From assembly GCA_949358305.1 (NCBI GenBank), contig OX442314.1:10354001-10418000 (forward strand): 64,000 nt of DNA, read 5' to 3'. How positions within the stretch are numbered: position 1 is the stretch's first letter; the number at the start of each line of letters is the position of its first letter. The notes under the pieces were generated by a model. That model made no database searches. It saw only the letters and a list, made by a program, of their open reading frames with translations, and had not been told where the DNA came from. Below, piece after piece: positions 50,201 to 63,500 of the stretch. Origin of the DNA: Strigamia acuminata (lineage: Eukaryota). Position numbers and translations under genes: made by a program.

Positions 50201-51971
50201 GTACTTTTAACTTCCAAACGCCGTCTCTCGATTCACAATATTGTTTCAAAAATAATTTAATTTTTTCCCGAGTAAATATTCCTTTCTTCCTCCTATTTCA
50301 TAAAATAAAATTAAATAACATTTTTTTAAAAAATCAAGAAAAGTTCATAAATTTCACGAAAAATTCACAAATTTCACGAAAATTTCACAAATTTCACAAA
50401 TTTCACGAAAAATTCACAAATTTCACGAAAAATTCACGAAAAATTCACAAATTTCACGAAAAATTCACAAATTTCACGAAAAATTCACAAATTTCACGAA
50501 AAATTCACAAATTTCACGAAAAATTCACAAATTTCACGAAAAATCACAAATTTCACGAAAAATTCACAAATTTCACGAAAAATTCACAAATTTCACGAAA
50601 AATTCACAAATTTCACGAAAAATTCACAAATTTCACGAAAAATTCACAAATTTCACGAAAAATTCACAAATTTCACGAAAAATTCACAAATTTTACGAAA
50701 AATCACAAATTTCACGAAAAATTCACAAATTTCACGAAAAATTCACAAATTTCACGAAAAATTCACAAATTTCACGAAAAATTCACAAATTTCACGAAAA
50801 ATTCACAAATTTAAACAAAAATTCACAAATTTAAACAAAAATTCATAAATTTCAACAAAAATTCACAAATTTCAACAAAAATTCATAAATTTCAACAAAA
50901 AATTCTTAAATTTCAATTAAAAACAAATTATTTACATCATGCTTTCGCAAGATAAAGTATTTCTACTTTCGTCCCTGACATTCATCACATCGTATCGATA
51001 AACTCCCGGATCGAGGCCATTTTGTTTCTTCTTTTCATTTTCATTCCTAAAAATCAATCCAAATAAAATCAAAAAAAAATCTCCCACCACAAAAATTCAA
51101 ATCCATTAAATAAATACCCGGTCGAATCGTCCACGTCGCTACTCGAATCATCATTATGATACCCATTACACATATTCGAATTTTGCGCGGATACCTTGAT
51201 AACTTCGCAAAAAATCCTTTAAAAAAGAGAGAAAAAAAAGAAAAAAATCAATAAATAATCGATCAATACAATCAATACGAATTTAGTCACCTATGACCTT
51301 CGATAACACCCTCGATTTCCTCCCCGACGAAAAATCGATCACGTGAAAACCCATAAACATCGTCGCACATATCGGCCAATCTGCCCCGGTGCGTTAAAGT
51401 GGACAAATACAAAACAGGAATTTTCAACGAATCTGGAAACGACTTCAAACATCGTCTAGCACGCGCCTCCGAATCCAATGCTTCTTGGTACGTCAAGCCC
51501 GGTTTACCCGTCAACTGACACGTCCATACCAGACTATTACACAGAATGACACGTCGAAAAAATTCACTGAAAACAAAAAAATTTTAAAAATTTTAAAAAA
51601 AAATTTTAAAAAGATTTTTAAAAAAAATAAAATTAAACGCATAACCGACCATGTTGAACACAATTTACACAATGTCTTAAATTCTCACATTTTCTTAATT
51701 TTTCCAAACAAATAAAATCATAAACAAATAATTTTTTAAGCCTAACCAACATCGGGCGAAATTTGTCGATAGAAAGCCGAAATGAAATAGAAAATAAAAA
51801 AGACAAAAAACGTGAAAATTCGTGTCAAATTCAACATTTTCGAGCGACTAAAACTTACTCATAATCACGAAAAACCTCCTTGGTTAATTGACAAAAGAAA
51901 AGTTCCTCTTCGGGATCCAAATCGGGAGGAAGCTTTTGTTTCAAGAATGGCTGTCTCTTCAGCAAAGGCAT
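44225..51971 (-). CDS. BAZ1A: BAZ1A/ACF1 chromatin-remodelling subunit (WAC, DDT, WHIM, two PHD fingers, bromodomain)
   Basis: First exon MPLLKRQPF..EVFRDY (ATG 51971), WAC CNSLVWTCQLTGKPGLTYQEAL, DDT FGDAVMVLEFLHIFG, PIGRDRCYRRFW, SLNRRGFRESAL, PHD CRICHRRGDAERMLLCDECNRGHHMYC, second PHD CDSCGRGGHLICCDSC, bromodomain SWPFMRPV..IKRPIDL. Confidence 0.95.
46340..46680. repeat. Intronic minisatellite, 41-bp unit
   Basis: CATAAAAATGAATTTCCACGGTCTAAAATTGCACTTTTCTG at 46340, 46381, 46422, 46463 and onward. Confidence 0.95.
46788..47125. repeat. Intronic minisatellite, 21-bp unit TCTAAAAATGCATTTCCACAG
   Basis: About 15 near-perfect copies. Confidence 0.96.
48000..48482. mobile_element. Pogo/Tigger-like MITE remnant enclosing a 20-bp minisatellite
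   Basis: Ends TACTGTATTTC and GAAATACTGTA. Internal tandem TAAAAATTCAATTTTTCGTT at ~48075-48365. Confidence 0.5.
50345..50915. repeat. Intronic minisatellite, 20-bp unit AAATTCACAAATTTCACGAA
   Basis: Tandem copies in a BAZ1A intron. Confidence 0.95.
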
Positions 51972-52602
51972 GTTGGATTTTTGGAGGGAAACGAGATCGG
52001 TTGTTTACTCGATTCAAACGGTGATAGAAGCCGGTTTCGTACACGCTTCGTATAAATGGATGATTCAATTCGATCTACGCACGGTTATTGGGTGTCGGTC
52101 GGCGCTTTTTCGCGGCGAAAAGTCACTTGAGATCAGAGATATATTCCTCGTCCATCACATTGCTCTGGATCCTCCTCGTGCGGCAAGTCAACGCGACTGC
52201 TGCATTCGCGGGTTGGCACGGCCGAAATATTAGAAACTCCATTTTCGTTTGTATCAAGTGTGAAAAACTTTTCGGTTTCGAGGGAAATTAATTGACAAAT
52301 GTTTTTTTCGGCTTTTGCAAAGTGTTGGGTCGAGGGGTATTTTGTAATTTGTTTTTTTTTTCGGGGTCAGGGTGAATGATTAGGTGAATACTCTTTGTAA
52401 AGCCGAAGCGGCCATTGTAACGACTCTTCCGATTGGCTGTTTGGAGGAAAATGGCGGATACGGTTGATGGTTTTGATAAAAGATGGCGGTGGAATGTTGA
52501 TTTTGTTTTGGGATTAAATGTTTGTTTGTGATGGTTGGAAATGAGGAAAACGACAAGATTTTGTTTTTTTTTAAATAAATTATTCTTTTTATTTTTTATT
52601 TT

Positions 52603-54170
52603 TTATTTAATTCCAACTTTTCCCAGACGAGAATCAGTCTTGGGATTGGCTGTTATGGTCTGAACAGCGACAATGGCTTCGTTGATTTTCGTCTGCAGGT
52701 CGCGTAAATCTCTAATGTATAGCAATCGCAAGATTTTGGCCGCTTGATTCAGAACGTAATCGCCAGTGTCGAATCCTAGGTCGGATTCTTGGATTGGGAA
52801 TGGCTTTCCTTCTGCGCATGCGCCGCCAATTTGTTTCATTCCCTCGGCTGACAGTTGTTCGTTGATAATTCGACGAAGCGCCTGAAAAATATTAAAAAAT
52901 AAATTTATTTATTTTTACATTTTTAATTATATATGGAATAAATATTTACTCGAAGTGTGATTAAATGATCGGGATGTTTGCACATGCTTATCAATTGGGC
53001 GATCGCATTCACGCCCTGTTTGAATTCGTCGGAATTGACTAAAAATTTTATTGAAAAGATAAATGAAGAAATGGGAATATGTTTTCGAATATTTTATGAT
53101 TTAAACTTACAGTCGAGATTATCCAGAGGATTGGTTGACACGACTTGAGGGATCGACATTTGGTTGATGTTTTCAGCCGTTTTTTCGCCGTATTTCTCAA
53201 CTGTAGTTCAAATAAATTCAGTTTAGAACACATGAAATTGATATTTTATGCAATGCTGTGGAAAAATGTAATTTTTATGCCTAAAATTATTCATTTTGTG
53301 CCTGAACAATTAACTTTTGTGCCTGAACAATTAATTTTTGTGCCTGAAAAATTCATTTGTGTGTCTGAAAAATTAATTTTTGTGTCTGAAAAATTTATTT
53401 TTGTGCCTAAAAAATCATTTTTGCGCAGAAAAATTCAAATTTGAGCCTAAAAATACTCATTTTTGTGCAGAAAAACCAATTTCTGTGTCTAAAATTCGTT
53501 TTGAGGCTAAAACAAATTCATTTTTATGCCTAAAACTTCATTTTTGAGCCTAAAACTTAATTTTTGTACATGAAAATCAATTTTTTGACTCAATTTTTGC
53601 ATTTTAAGATGCATTTCAGCATTCATTGCTTCTAAACTAATTACTTTTTCATCAAAAATATAAAATTTTCGTCTAAAAAGTGAATTTTTAATTTATTTTG
53701 CTTCGCACCGGCTACCAAAGTAGCTTGCTGCGGCTCGCATTTTATGTTTACCATTTTCGCCGTACTCCGCTCGTACTGCCAATCCTAAAAGCCAGTCTGT
53801 GACAGCTTCGATCTCTTTCGCATCATGCGGACAATCCAGATCTTTTAAATACTATTTTTCGTTCAAAAAAAAAAAACATTATTAACCATATACAAATCCA
53901 AATTTACAATTTCTTCACTTTCTTAAAGTGTTTTTGCCAATCATTAGCCGCAATGTTTTTTAATTTTCCCCTGTCTTCTATTTTGTAATGTCTCACTTTC
54001 TGGTCTTCAATCCACACGACCAATGTACGAAATTGTTTCTCGTCTGAAAGAATAATGCAAAAATCGGTTAATAAATTCAAATTTAAACACGTGTTAAATC
54101 AATATTCACCGTGCACATTGAAAGAGTCGGGACTGTGAAAATCTAGAGCTAATAATTTCCTTTTAAACAT
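52603..54170 (-). CDS. RTRAF: RNA transcription, translation and transport factor (C14orf166/CGI-99), multi-exon
   Basis: MFKRKLLALDF.., FRTLVVWIEDQKVRHYKIEDR, DWLLGLAVRAEY, LNQAAKILRLLYIRDLRDLQTKINEAIVAVQTITANPKTDSRLGKVG. Confidence 0.95.
53220..53638. repeat. Degenerate ~21-bp minisatellite between short inverted repeats
   Basis: TTTGTGCCTGAACAATTAA units flanked by AGTTTAGAACACATGAA and TTCATTGCTTCTAAACT. Confidence 0.6.
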
Positions 54171-54625
54171 GTTTGTATATTTTAGTAGTTTGACGATAAT
54201 AACCACAGATCCTTGCAATGGCCGCCGCTTACGGCGCGCTGTTAAAAAAGTGTCCTAATAAATCCAAATTCAATAAACGTCATTTATTAATTTATGCATA
54301 TATTTTATTTTTATTTTAAATTTAAATTCACGTGGATTCAATTTTTTTTTTCAATTAGAGACTCAAATAAATTTTTTCTTTTATTTGTAGTTGTTTAAAT
54401 TCCCGACAGGTGGCGACAATTGATATTGAGCGAGATACAGAGCGAGAGTTTTAATTGTTACAAATAGACTGATACCGGTTCGGCTACCTACAGCTGAGAT
54501 ATTTTACTGGTTTTTCACAGTTTCGAAGGTAAAACCTTTCCAAAACAGTTGTTATAAATCATTTATATCTCATAATTTCGTTGTGTTTATTTATCAATGC
54601 AGATACAGATGACCGAGATTCAAAC

Positions 54626-55399
54626 ATGGTGCCTAAACGAAAATATTTATTGAGAAACAGCAACGCCAAAAGAAAGAAATTCGACGAGGTGTGAATGAAA
54701 TAACACTTAATTAATAATTTATTAATATTTTATTTAAATTTGTCGTTACAGCAATTAATTGTTCTTTCCCCATGCACGGAAGTAACAAATTCCGAAAGCG
54801 AAACCGAAACCACAACCAGTGATAGCGACGACACCTACGAGGCATCAGAGTCCGAACTCGAACCAATTCTGCAGGAACCGGATCCAGCTAATCATGACGT
54901 CAAACCAGATACCAGTGAGAACCAACGAGAGATTGGCGATGACGTCACGAAACCCTTGGTTACGTCATCAGACAACGAGATCTACTGCAGGAAGTTAACC
55001 AATGCTATGAGAAATAAATCAGAAGATTGGTTTTTCAATTTCAGTGCTACTGAGAACGAGTGCGCACTAAGAATGTTGAATAAAGAGCATATCGAAGTGA
55101 CCGCGACCAAAAGACACGACCATTTTTATTTGGAAATCGAAGTCGATGGCGACAAGATTTCGCCTTACAATCCATTTTGGTTGAAGCAATTCGTGTGTGT
55201 CACAGAAACGGGTCTATACGAATTGTTAAAATACCTAAATAATTGGAACCAATGTCCGAAAATCAACCGGGAAAAATGCTTAATAATTTGCGAAAAACCG
55301 GCCGTGTTTTGCGCCATTTGTAGAGAGGGGGAGAACTATAAATGTATCGTGTCTTATGATGTCAAGCTACAATGTATGACGTCACACGACGAAGCATAG
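54626..55399 (+). CDS. Uncharacterised ~236-aa protein (basic N-terminus, acidic linker, Cys-containing C-terminal domain)
   Basis: Exon 54626-54688 (MVPKRKYLLRNSNAKRKKFDE) splices GT-AG in frame to 54752-55399. There is a probable 5' UTR exon ending at ~54528, and AATAAA at ~55570. Confidence 0.7.
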
Positions 55400-55613
55400 A
55401 AAAGAAATGGCCGCCAAAAAACGGAATGATAAAACCGAAAAATTCTGTTAAATCATTGAAATTAAACGGAAAAAAATGCGTTTAATGTTGAAAATATTAT
55501 TTAAGGTTGTAAAAATTATCGTTTATTTGTTTGTGATTATAATATAATTTATAAAAATGATTTTTTCTCAATAAAATTTAATAATATCAATAAAATTGCT
55601 TTTTTTTACGAAA

Positions 55614-56569
55614 TTATTTAATTTGAGAAGGAATTTTTACGCAAACTAAATCCGCTCCGTTCTCGTCAACAAGTTCGTATTTTATGGTAACTGCCAACTA
55701 GAAAAATAAATAAATAAATAAATTGGAAATTTTAGTTAATTTTGAAGTCAGCTCAAGACAAGCATTTTAAATATGCTGTTTAGTCTAAATTCTTTTACAA
55801 ATGCGCCTAGTGTTTTTACCTTTGGATAGCTAGGCAATATGGCCATCTCTTTATGATATTGGTACTCGGTACCATCCGCTAATGGGCATGTAAGGCCACT
55901 GTCTTGACATGCATCGGGGTTCGGTAGTGGGAAAGGAAATGGAAGGCCGCCTATTATTCCATGTATTTCGGCTTTAACTGATTGAGCAGCTTCCTCTATG
56001 AAAAAAGAAAATATGTAAAATTAATTTTTGATTTTAACACGATTTTAGGGCGTGTTGTGATGACAGAACGTCATTCAGTTGCAACACAAATCAAAACCAA
56101 TGAAATTATATAATTGTAAATTCTGGTTTTAATTTTATTTAGAATTTATTTGTGTGTTAGAATTTTAAAACTGCAAATTTGTTCGTGTTGTTAGAACAAT
56201 AACTTTGTTTTGTGTTGAAACAATCGTTTTGTTTTGTGTTGCAGCAATGGTTTAGTCTGTGTTGAACAATTGTTGTTCATTTCACATTTTTACTTGATTT
56301 AAATGTGATTTTGATGGTAACGTTTTGGCCTGATGGTAAAATACAAACAGTTCCACAAGGTGGAACCATTTCAACGTTTTCTAACGTGCCTGTCTTGGAA
56401 CCTATAAAATAAAATAGAATTTTAATTTTTTAAAAGTAAATTAATCAGATTGTTATGTGCACTAATTTTTCTTACCACAATCGGTATATTTGACGTTAGC
56501 ATGACCCGAGTTAGTGAAAAACACAAGTACGGCTGAGACAATAACCAAGAATGTTTTCGCTGCCATCAT
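55614..56569 (-). CDS. NPC2: NPC2 / MD-2-related lipid-recognition (ML) domain protein, 4 exons
   Basis: Signal peptide, then VKYTDCGS..PPCGTVCILPSG..IHGIIGGLPFPFPLPNPDACQDSGLTCPL..YPKLAVTIKYELVDENGADLVCVKIPSQIK, with the six conserved cysteines. Confidence 0.92.
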
Positions 56570-57591
56570 GTTAAACAGAAGTAATCAGATTCAGTCGAGA
56601 GTAAATATCGATAGGAAATGAATTGTTCCCGATTAAACTTATCAGATAAGAGTGATCATGTTGATTTGATTCAAACAAGCTGATTCTGAGTCATAACTTG
56701 AGTGAAACTCACGTGGTGTATCAGGTTTTCTCATAACCCAAGATTATTTTTTGTTTCTTATAAAGTTCAGAAATTATTAATTCAGTTAAGTTCAATTACA
56801 AAATACTAATTTAGTAAATTAAAATAATAATATTAAAATAATAATATTTTTTGTCATTTCAACATTTCATCGCCATGTTTTTTTAATGACGTCACTTCAA
56901 TTTCGATTTCCGGTAGTTTCGGTTTTAGTGATATCGTTTTTAATTTTCAAAACAAGATCAGATAACGACAAACAATCGATACTTATCTTGACAATTGGTT
57001 AGAATTGGGATAGAATTTCAAGTTTTCATGACATAACAAATATGGCAGTGCACTGAGCTATGCTAGCAATGTTTATGCGACATATAAGAAAACTGTCGAA
57101 GCCTTCCATCAACAAAGATGAAGTGGATTTTGAAGAAGAAATCACTACATTTAGGTAATATTTATTTCCCCACCAAAAATATACTTGGAAAAATACCCCA
57201 AAAAAATTAATTTATAAAAAAAAAGTTAAAATTTCCTCCCATTGGGCATTCCACCTTTTAGTTAAACCCAAGGTGCAGTATCTAGTCCATGTGCGACTTC
57301 TCAATAACAATACTCCAATATTTTAATTTTCAAAACTCATAAAACTCTTTGTTATTTTTTTAAATAAAATATTTTGTCAGCATTAAAAATTAATTTTTTA
57401 TTAATAAATAATTTCTAAAAAAAAGTCAGACAATATTTAGTCAAAATTTCGTACACAGCGCCCCCGTTCGCCATTTTCAATTTGGGAGTCGGGTCTGTCA
57501 ATGACCCTATTAAGCGTTTGTAGTTTTATTTTTTAGTAAATGAAGGTTTTAAGACATGTAAAAAAGGGTGTTAGTCCTAATCAAGGTAGTC

Positions 57592-60500
57592 ATGTTTAGC
57601 AAGAAGCCGCATGCAGACATCAAAAAGTCGACGCAGAAGATCCTGGACTGCAAAAAGGACACGGCAACTCGTCTAAAACACCTCCGAGTTGTCCTGGGTG
57701 AGTAAACAGCACGGAAAATGCCACCCGAAACAACACATCCCCATCGAGCAACTCCATTGAGCGTTGTGCGTACTGTGCATCCATTTCCTGCTCGTTCAAT
57801 TGCAATTCCGCGCAATCAAAGCCAAAGTCGCTTTTCTTTTGATGACAATTTACCAAGTGTTGCTATGGAGTTGTTCGGTTTGTGTTGTTATTCAATTAAG
57901 GGAAGGAAATTGGTGTTTTCATTATTGATTGGTGTTAATTTTGGTTTTTTTTTCTTGTTTTTTTTTATTTTGCAGATAATGTCGATGTTGCAGAATCGAA
58001 GACGTTTTTCGAAGCGAATCATAGCCACATTTATTATATATTTTATGATCAGTTCATTACTGTTGAAAATTGCATTAAACAAAAAGGTGGAGTGTTTGAT
58101 TTGACGCAGAGGCGGATCAAGAAGACGTACAAAGGGGTGGACATTTCGGTTCAATTTTTCAAACAGAAAAAATGGATGTTTTGGGCTAAAAATTGGATGT
58201 TTTGGGTTAATAATTGGATATTTTGGGTTCAAAAATGATCGTTTTTGGCCTCAGAATGAATATTTTGGTGTCAGAATGAATATTTTGATCTCAGAAAAAA
58301 TATTTTAGACTTAGAATGAATTTTTTGGTCTCGATGAATTTTCGGTCCCAAAAATAAATTTTCGGTCTAAAAAATGAATTTTTTGTCCTAAAAAAATGAA
58401 ATTTTGGTTTAAAGAGGAATTTTCGGTTCAAAAAATGAATTTTCGGTTCAAAAAATGAATTTTCGGTTCAAAAAATGAATTTTCGGTTCAAAAAATGAAT
58501 TTTCGGTTCCAAAAATGAATTTTTGGTCCAAAAAAAATTAAACTTTGGTTCAAAAAATTAATTTTTTTATTAATTTTCCATGGCACCCCACTTGATCCGT
58601 CTCTGATTTGATGTTTGTTTTGTTGTTTTTGATGTAACACACCTGGCGGTCGCCATTTTTATTTCTTTCAGCTCATAAATCTCATCGGGAAGAATTGGAC
58701 TCGGTTCTGTATATATTCGAGAAGATTATAGTTTTATTACCGGAATTATTAGCAAAGAAATGGCAATGTCATAGTTTAGGAAGAATTATTAAAAAGTTGT
58801 TGCATCCTGGGAACAATTTCAAAGTGATTTAAAAATAGACGTATTTTTAAAATGATTTAAAACGTTGATTTTATTTTTTTGTATTTTTTTTCAGTTGAGA
58901 CGAGAGGCAATGCGTCTTTTTCTTTTGTGGTATCAAACTTTGGGCGAAACTGCGCCGACGGAACTTCATTATATATTTAGTTGTTTGGTTCCCGGAATAC
59001 AAAATAAGTTTACGCTCGAATCTATAATTAGTGGCTCGATAGGAGCTGATAAACATTCCACAGAAATGGGTAGAAAATGGATTTTTATTTTTATTTTTTA
59101 AATTAATTGATTTATACATTTTTTTGGAATAGTTGCTGTAAATCCTATTGAAATTTATCCACTTCTTCCGCCTCAGATTGGCGAAAAACAACTCGAAAAT
59201 TTGACTCAATTTTTCCTGGAAAATCTTTTAGATTTAATGGTTACTCAAGTAATTTTTTTTTTTTAAATATTGTTTTTATTTTTTTTGAATATGATTGATT
59301 TTATTTTGATTTTGATTTTGATTTTATTTTTATTTTTATTTTTTAGGTGATTAGAATTGAGTGGCGAGATAAGTCTAGTTTTAAACAGCAAAGTTGTTTC
59401 AATTTCTTGTTTGAAAGGTTTAAAAAGCACTATTTATTGTTGATTTTTCCTGATTTTTCATGGACTACTAGTTTATACAAGCCTAACTTAGGTAAAGTAT
59501 TTATTGATAGAAAATCGGAGCCGTAGCAAACACGCATGTGCCAAAATGCACTTTTAAATTTGGACAAAATTGTGTATTTTTAGACTAAATTTGGACACAT
59601 TTGTACATTTTTAGACTAAATTTGGACAAATTTTGACATTTTTAGACTAAATTTGGACAAATTTTGACATTTTTAGACTAAATTTTGACAAATTTGGATA
59701 TTTTTAGACTAAATTTGAACAAATTTTGACATTTTTAGACTAAATTTAGACAAATTTGGATATTTTAAGACTAAATTTGTTTAAAATTTGCCATTTTTGT
59801 ACTAAATTTGGGCAAAATTTGCTATTTTTAGACTAAATTTGGGCAAAATTTGCTATTTTTATACTAAATTTGGGCAAAATTTGCTATTTTTAGACTAAAT
59901 TTGGGCAAAATTTGATAATTTTAGACTAAATTTTGACAAACTTTGATAATTTTAGACTAAATTTGTTAAAAATTGGCCAAAATTTAATATTTTTAGAGAG
60001 ATTAATGACAAAATTAGACATTTTTAAACAAAAATTGGACAAAATTGGACATTTTTAAACACTAAATTTGGACAAATTTTGACATTTTTAGACTAAATTT
60101 GGACAAATTTTGACATTTTTAGACTAAATTTTGACAAATTTGGATATTTTTAGACTAAATTTGAACAAATTTTGACATTTTTAGACTAAATTTAGACAAA
60201 TTTGGATATTTTAAGACTAAATTTGTTTAAAATTTGCCATTTTTGTACTAAATTTGGGCAAAATTTGCTATTTTTAGACTAAATTTGGGCAAAATTTGCT
60301 ATTTTTATACTAAATTTGGGCAAAATTTGCTATTTTTATACTAAATTTGGGCAAAATTTGATAATTTTAGACTAAATTTTGACAAACTTTGATAATTTTA
60401 GACTAAATTTGTTAAAAATTGGCCAAAATTTAATATTTTTAGAGAGATTAATGACAAAATTAGACATTTTTAAACAAAAATTGGACAAAATTGGACATTT

Positions 60501-63500
60501 TTAAACACTAAATTTGGACAAATTTTGACATTTTTAGACTAAATTTGGACAAATTTTGACATTTTTAGACTAAATTTTGACAAATTTGGATATTTTTAGA
60601 CTAAATTTGAACAAATTTTGACATTTTTAGACTAAATTTAGACAAATTTGGATATTTTAAGACTAAATTTGTTTAAAATTTGCCATTTTTGTACTAAATT
60701 TGGGCAAAATTTGCTATTTTTAGACTAAATTTGGGCAAAATTTGCTATTTTTATACTAAATTTGGGCAAAATTTGCTATTTTTAGACTAAATTTGGGCAA
60801 AATTTGATAATTTTAGACTAAATTTTGACAAACTTTGATAATTTTAGACTAAATTTGTTAAAAATTGGCCAAAATTTAATATTTTTAGAGAGATTAATGA
60901 CAAAATTAGACATTTTTAAACAAAAATTGGACAAAATTGGACATTTTTAAACAAAAATTGGACAAAATTGGGCATTTTTAAACTAAAATTGGACAAAATT
61001 GGACATTTTTAAACTAAAATTGGACAAAATTGGACATTTTTAAACTAAAATTGGACAAAATTGGACATTTTTAAACTAAATTTGGACAAAATTGGACATT
61101 TTTAAACGAAAATTGAACAAAATTGGACATTTTTCGACAAAAATTGGGAAAAATAGAAAAATATCAATCACGTGAAAAAATAAAATTTAATCTCAAAAAT
61201 TGACATAATGCAACGCTTGCTGCGGGGAAGTGCACAAAATCCTCATAATTTGTTGATTAATTCATTTTACACGCAGATTTACCCGATCTCAGAGCCGACA
61301 CAGAGGAGGAAAATAGGCTAGATTACGGTCTCATGGGGTCATCTTTAAATAAAATTGTAGTTATTCAATGGATTTCAAATTTCATTCACATGTGGAGAGT
61401 TGAAGTGCCAATTCGAACTTTAGTGTAATAATAATAATAATAATTTTAATCAAATATTTTTACAAATTTAAAATTGTTTTCTTTGATTTTAGACCTGTAG
61501 TGGACGATTCAACACCGCAAGATCAAAAAGGATTTGAATCGAGTGCAGAAAAAGAATCAAATTGTTCTTACAACAGTAGCGAGTATCCTACGTACATGGA
61601 GTACATGATCGCTAGAGATACCTTTTATTTTAATAGGGAGAATGTCAATTTTGTTCATGAAATATTTAGACAAGTAATTTGTTTGTTTTCTTGATATTTT
61701 TGTGGAATTTTGGTTTTTTTTTTTAAATTAATTTTAAATTGTTTTGTTTTTCGTTTTAGGCTTTCTTGTTATCGTCTGTTCACGCTTCAACTTTGAAAAG
61801 AGTTATATTGGTGTATAGGGATTGGATTGACAATAAGGTGCGTTCGTAATGATTTCTCTTGTTGGTTTTGAAATTTTTTTTTTGTGATGGTTTTTCTCAT
61901 GTTTTTTTTCATTTTTTCATGTTTTATCATGTTTTTTCCATGTTTTTTTCAGTTTTATCATGTTTTTTCCATGTTTTTTTCAGTTTTATCATGTTTTTTC
62001 CATGTTTTTTTCAGTTTTATCATGTTTTTTCCATGGTTTTTATGTTTTATCACGTTTTTTTTTTATGTTTTATCATGTTTTTAATATATGTTTCCATGTT
62101 TTTACGTTTTTTATATATTTCACCATGTTTTTTAATGTTTTCTTTGTTTTCTTCATATTTTTTCTTCGTTTTCTCATATTTTTTCTTCGTTTTCTCATAT
62201 TTTTTCTTCGTTTTCTTGTGTTTTTTCTTCGTTGCCCATGTTTTTCTTCGTTTTTCACATTTTCTACGTTTTCTTTGTTTTTCATTGTTTTTTCTGTTAT
62301 TTATTTATTTTTTTTAATTTTTTTTTATTATTTCTCATGACTTTTTTCTTTTTTAAAAATTGTTTTAATCTTTACAATTTCTTTTTATTAAATTCCTATA
62401 ATTTTAATTAGAGTTTCGAACGACCAATTTTTATGTTGGAACCTTACGACGGTCTGTCAATTCTTTCTCGAGACGGACAATGTAACTCAACTTACACGGA
62501 AGGACCGTTAACACCAGAGGTATACATTAAAATTAAAATTATTATTTATAAAAAGGAAAAATGCAATGAAAATTACTTTCCTTTTTAATTCAGTCAAAGG
62601 GTCGATTAAGAAATGATTCCTACCTCGGTGCAATTCATCGCGAACCTCTTCCTGTTCGAGCCGGAATGCAAAATACTTTGCAAGTATTTATCACAAACGC
62701 TGCCAACGTGTTTTTACTCGAGAGTAAATCGAGCAGTCAGAAATTATTGGAGGATCAGGTAATTCGATAATACGTCAATTTCAACGATTTTTAGTTTTTA
62801 TATAAAAAATTTGTTAATTTCAGGTCGATTTGTGTAAACGGATATTAAATCTCTATCGGTTTATGGTAATGAACTTAACGATGGACCAAAAAACATGGTG
62901 AAAATGATTTTATTTTGCCAAATCATTTTTATTCTTCGTTTTTCATGTTTATTTGCATGTTTTTCTTCGTTTATCATGTTTATTTGCATGTTTTCTTCGT
63001 TTTTCATGTTTATTTGCATGTTTTCTTCGTTTTTCATGTTTATTTTCATGTTTTCTTCGTTTTTCATGTTTATTTGCATGTTTTCTTCGTTTTTCATGTT
63101 TATTTTCATGTTTTTCTTCGTTTTTCATGTTTATTTTCATGTTTTTCTTCGTTTTTCATGTTTATTTTCAAGTTTTTCTTCGTTTTTCATGTTTATTTCC
63201 ATGTTTTTCTTCGTTTTTCATGTTTATTTGCATGATTTTCTTGATATTTCATGATATTTCTTCGTTTTTTCATTATTTTTCTTCGTTTTTTCATTATTTT
63301 TCTTTGTTTTTTCATGATTTTTCTTCGTTTTTTCATAATATTTCTTCGTTTTTTCATAATATTTCTTCGTTTTTTCATAATATTTCTTCGTTTTTTCATA
63401 ATATTTCTTCGTTTTTTCATAATATTTCTTCGTTTTTTCATAATTTTTCATTATTTTGCAAGTTTTATCTTTGTTTTTCTTGATTTCTCATGAATTTTGA

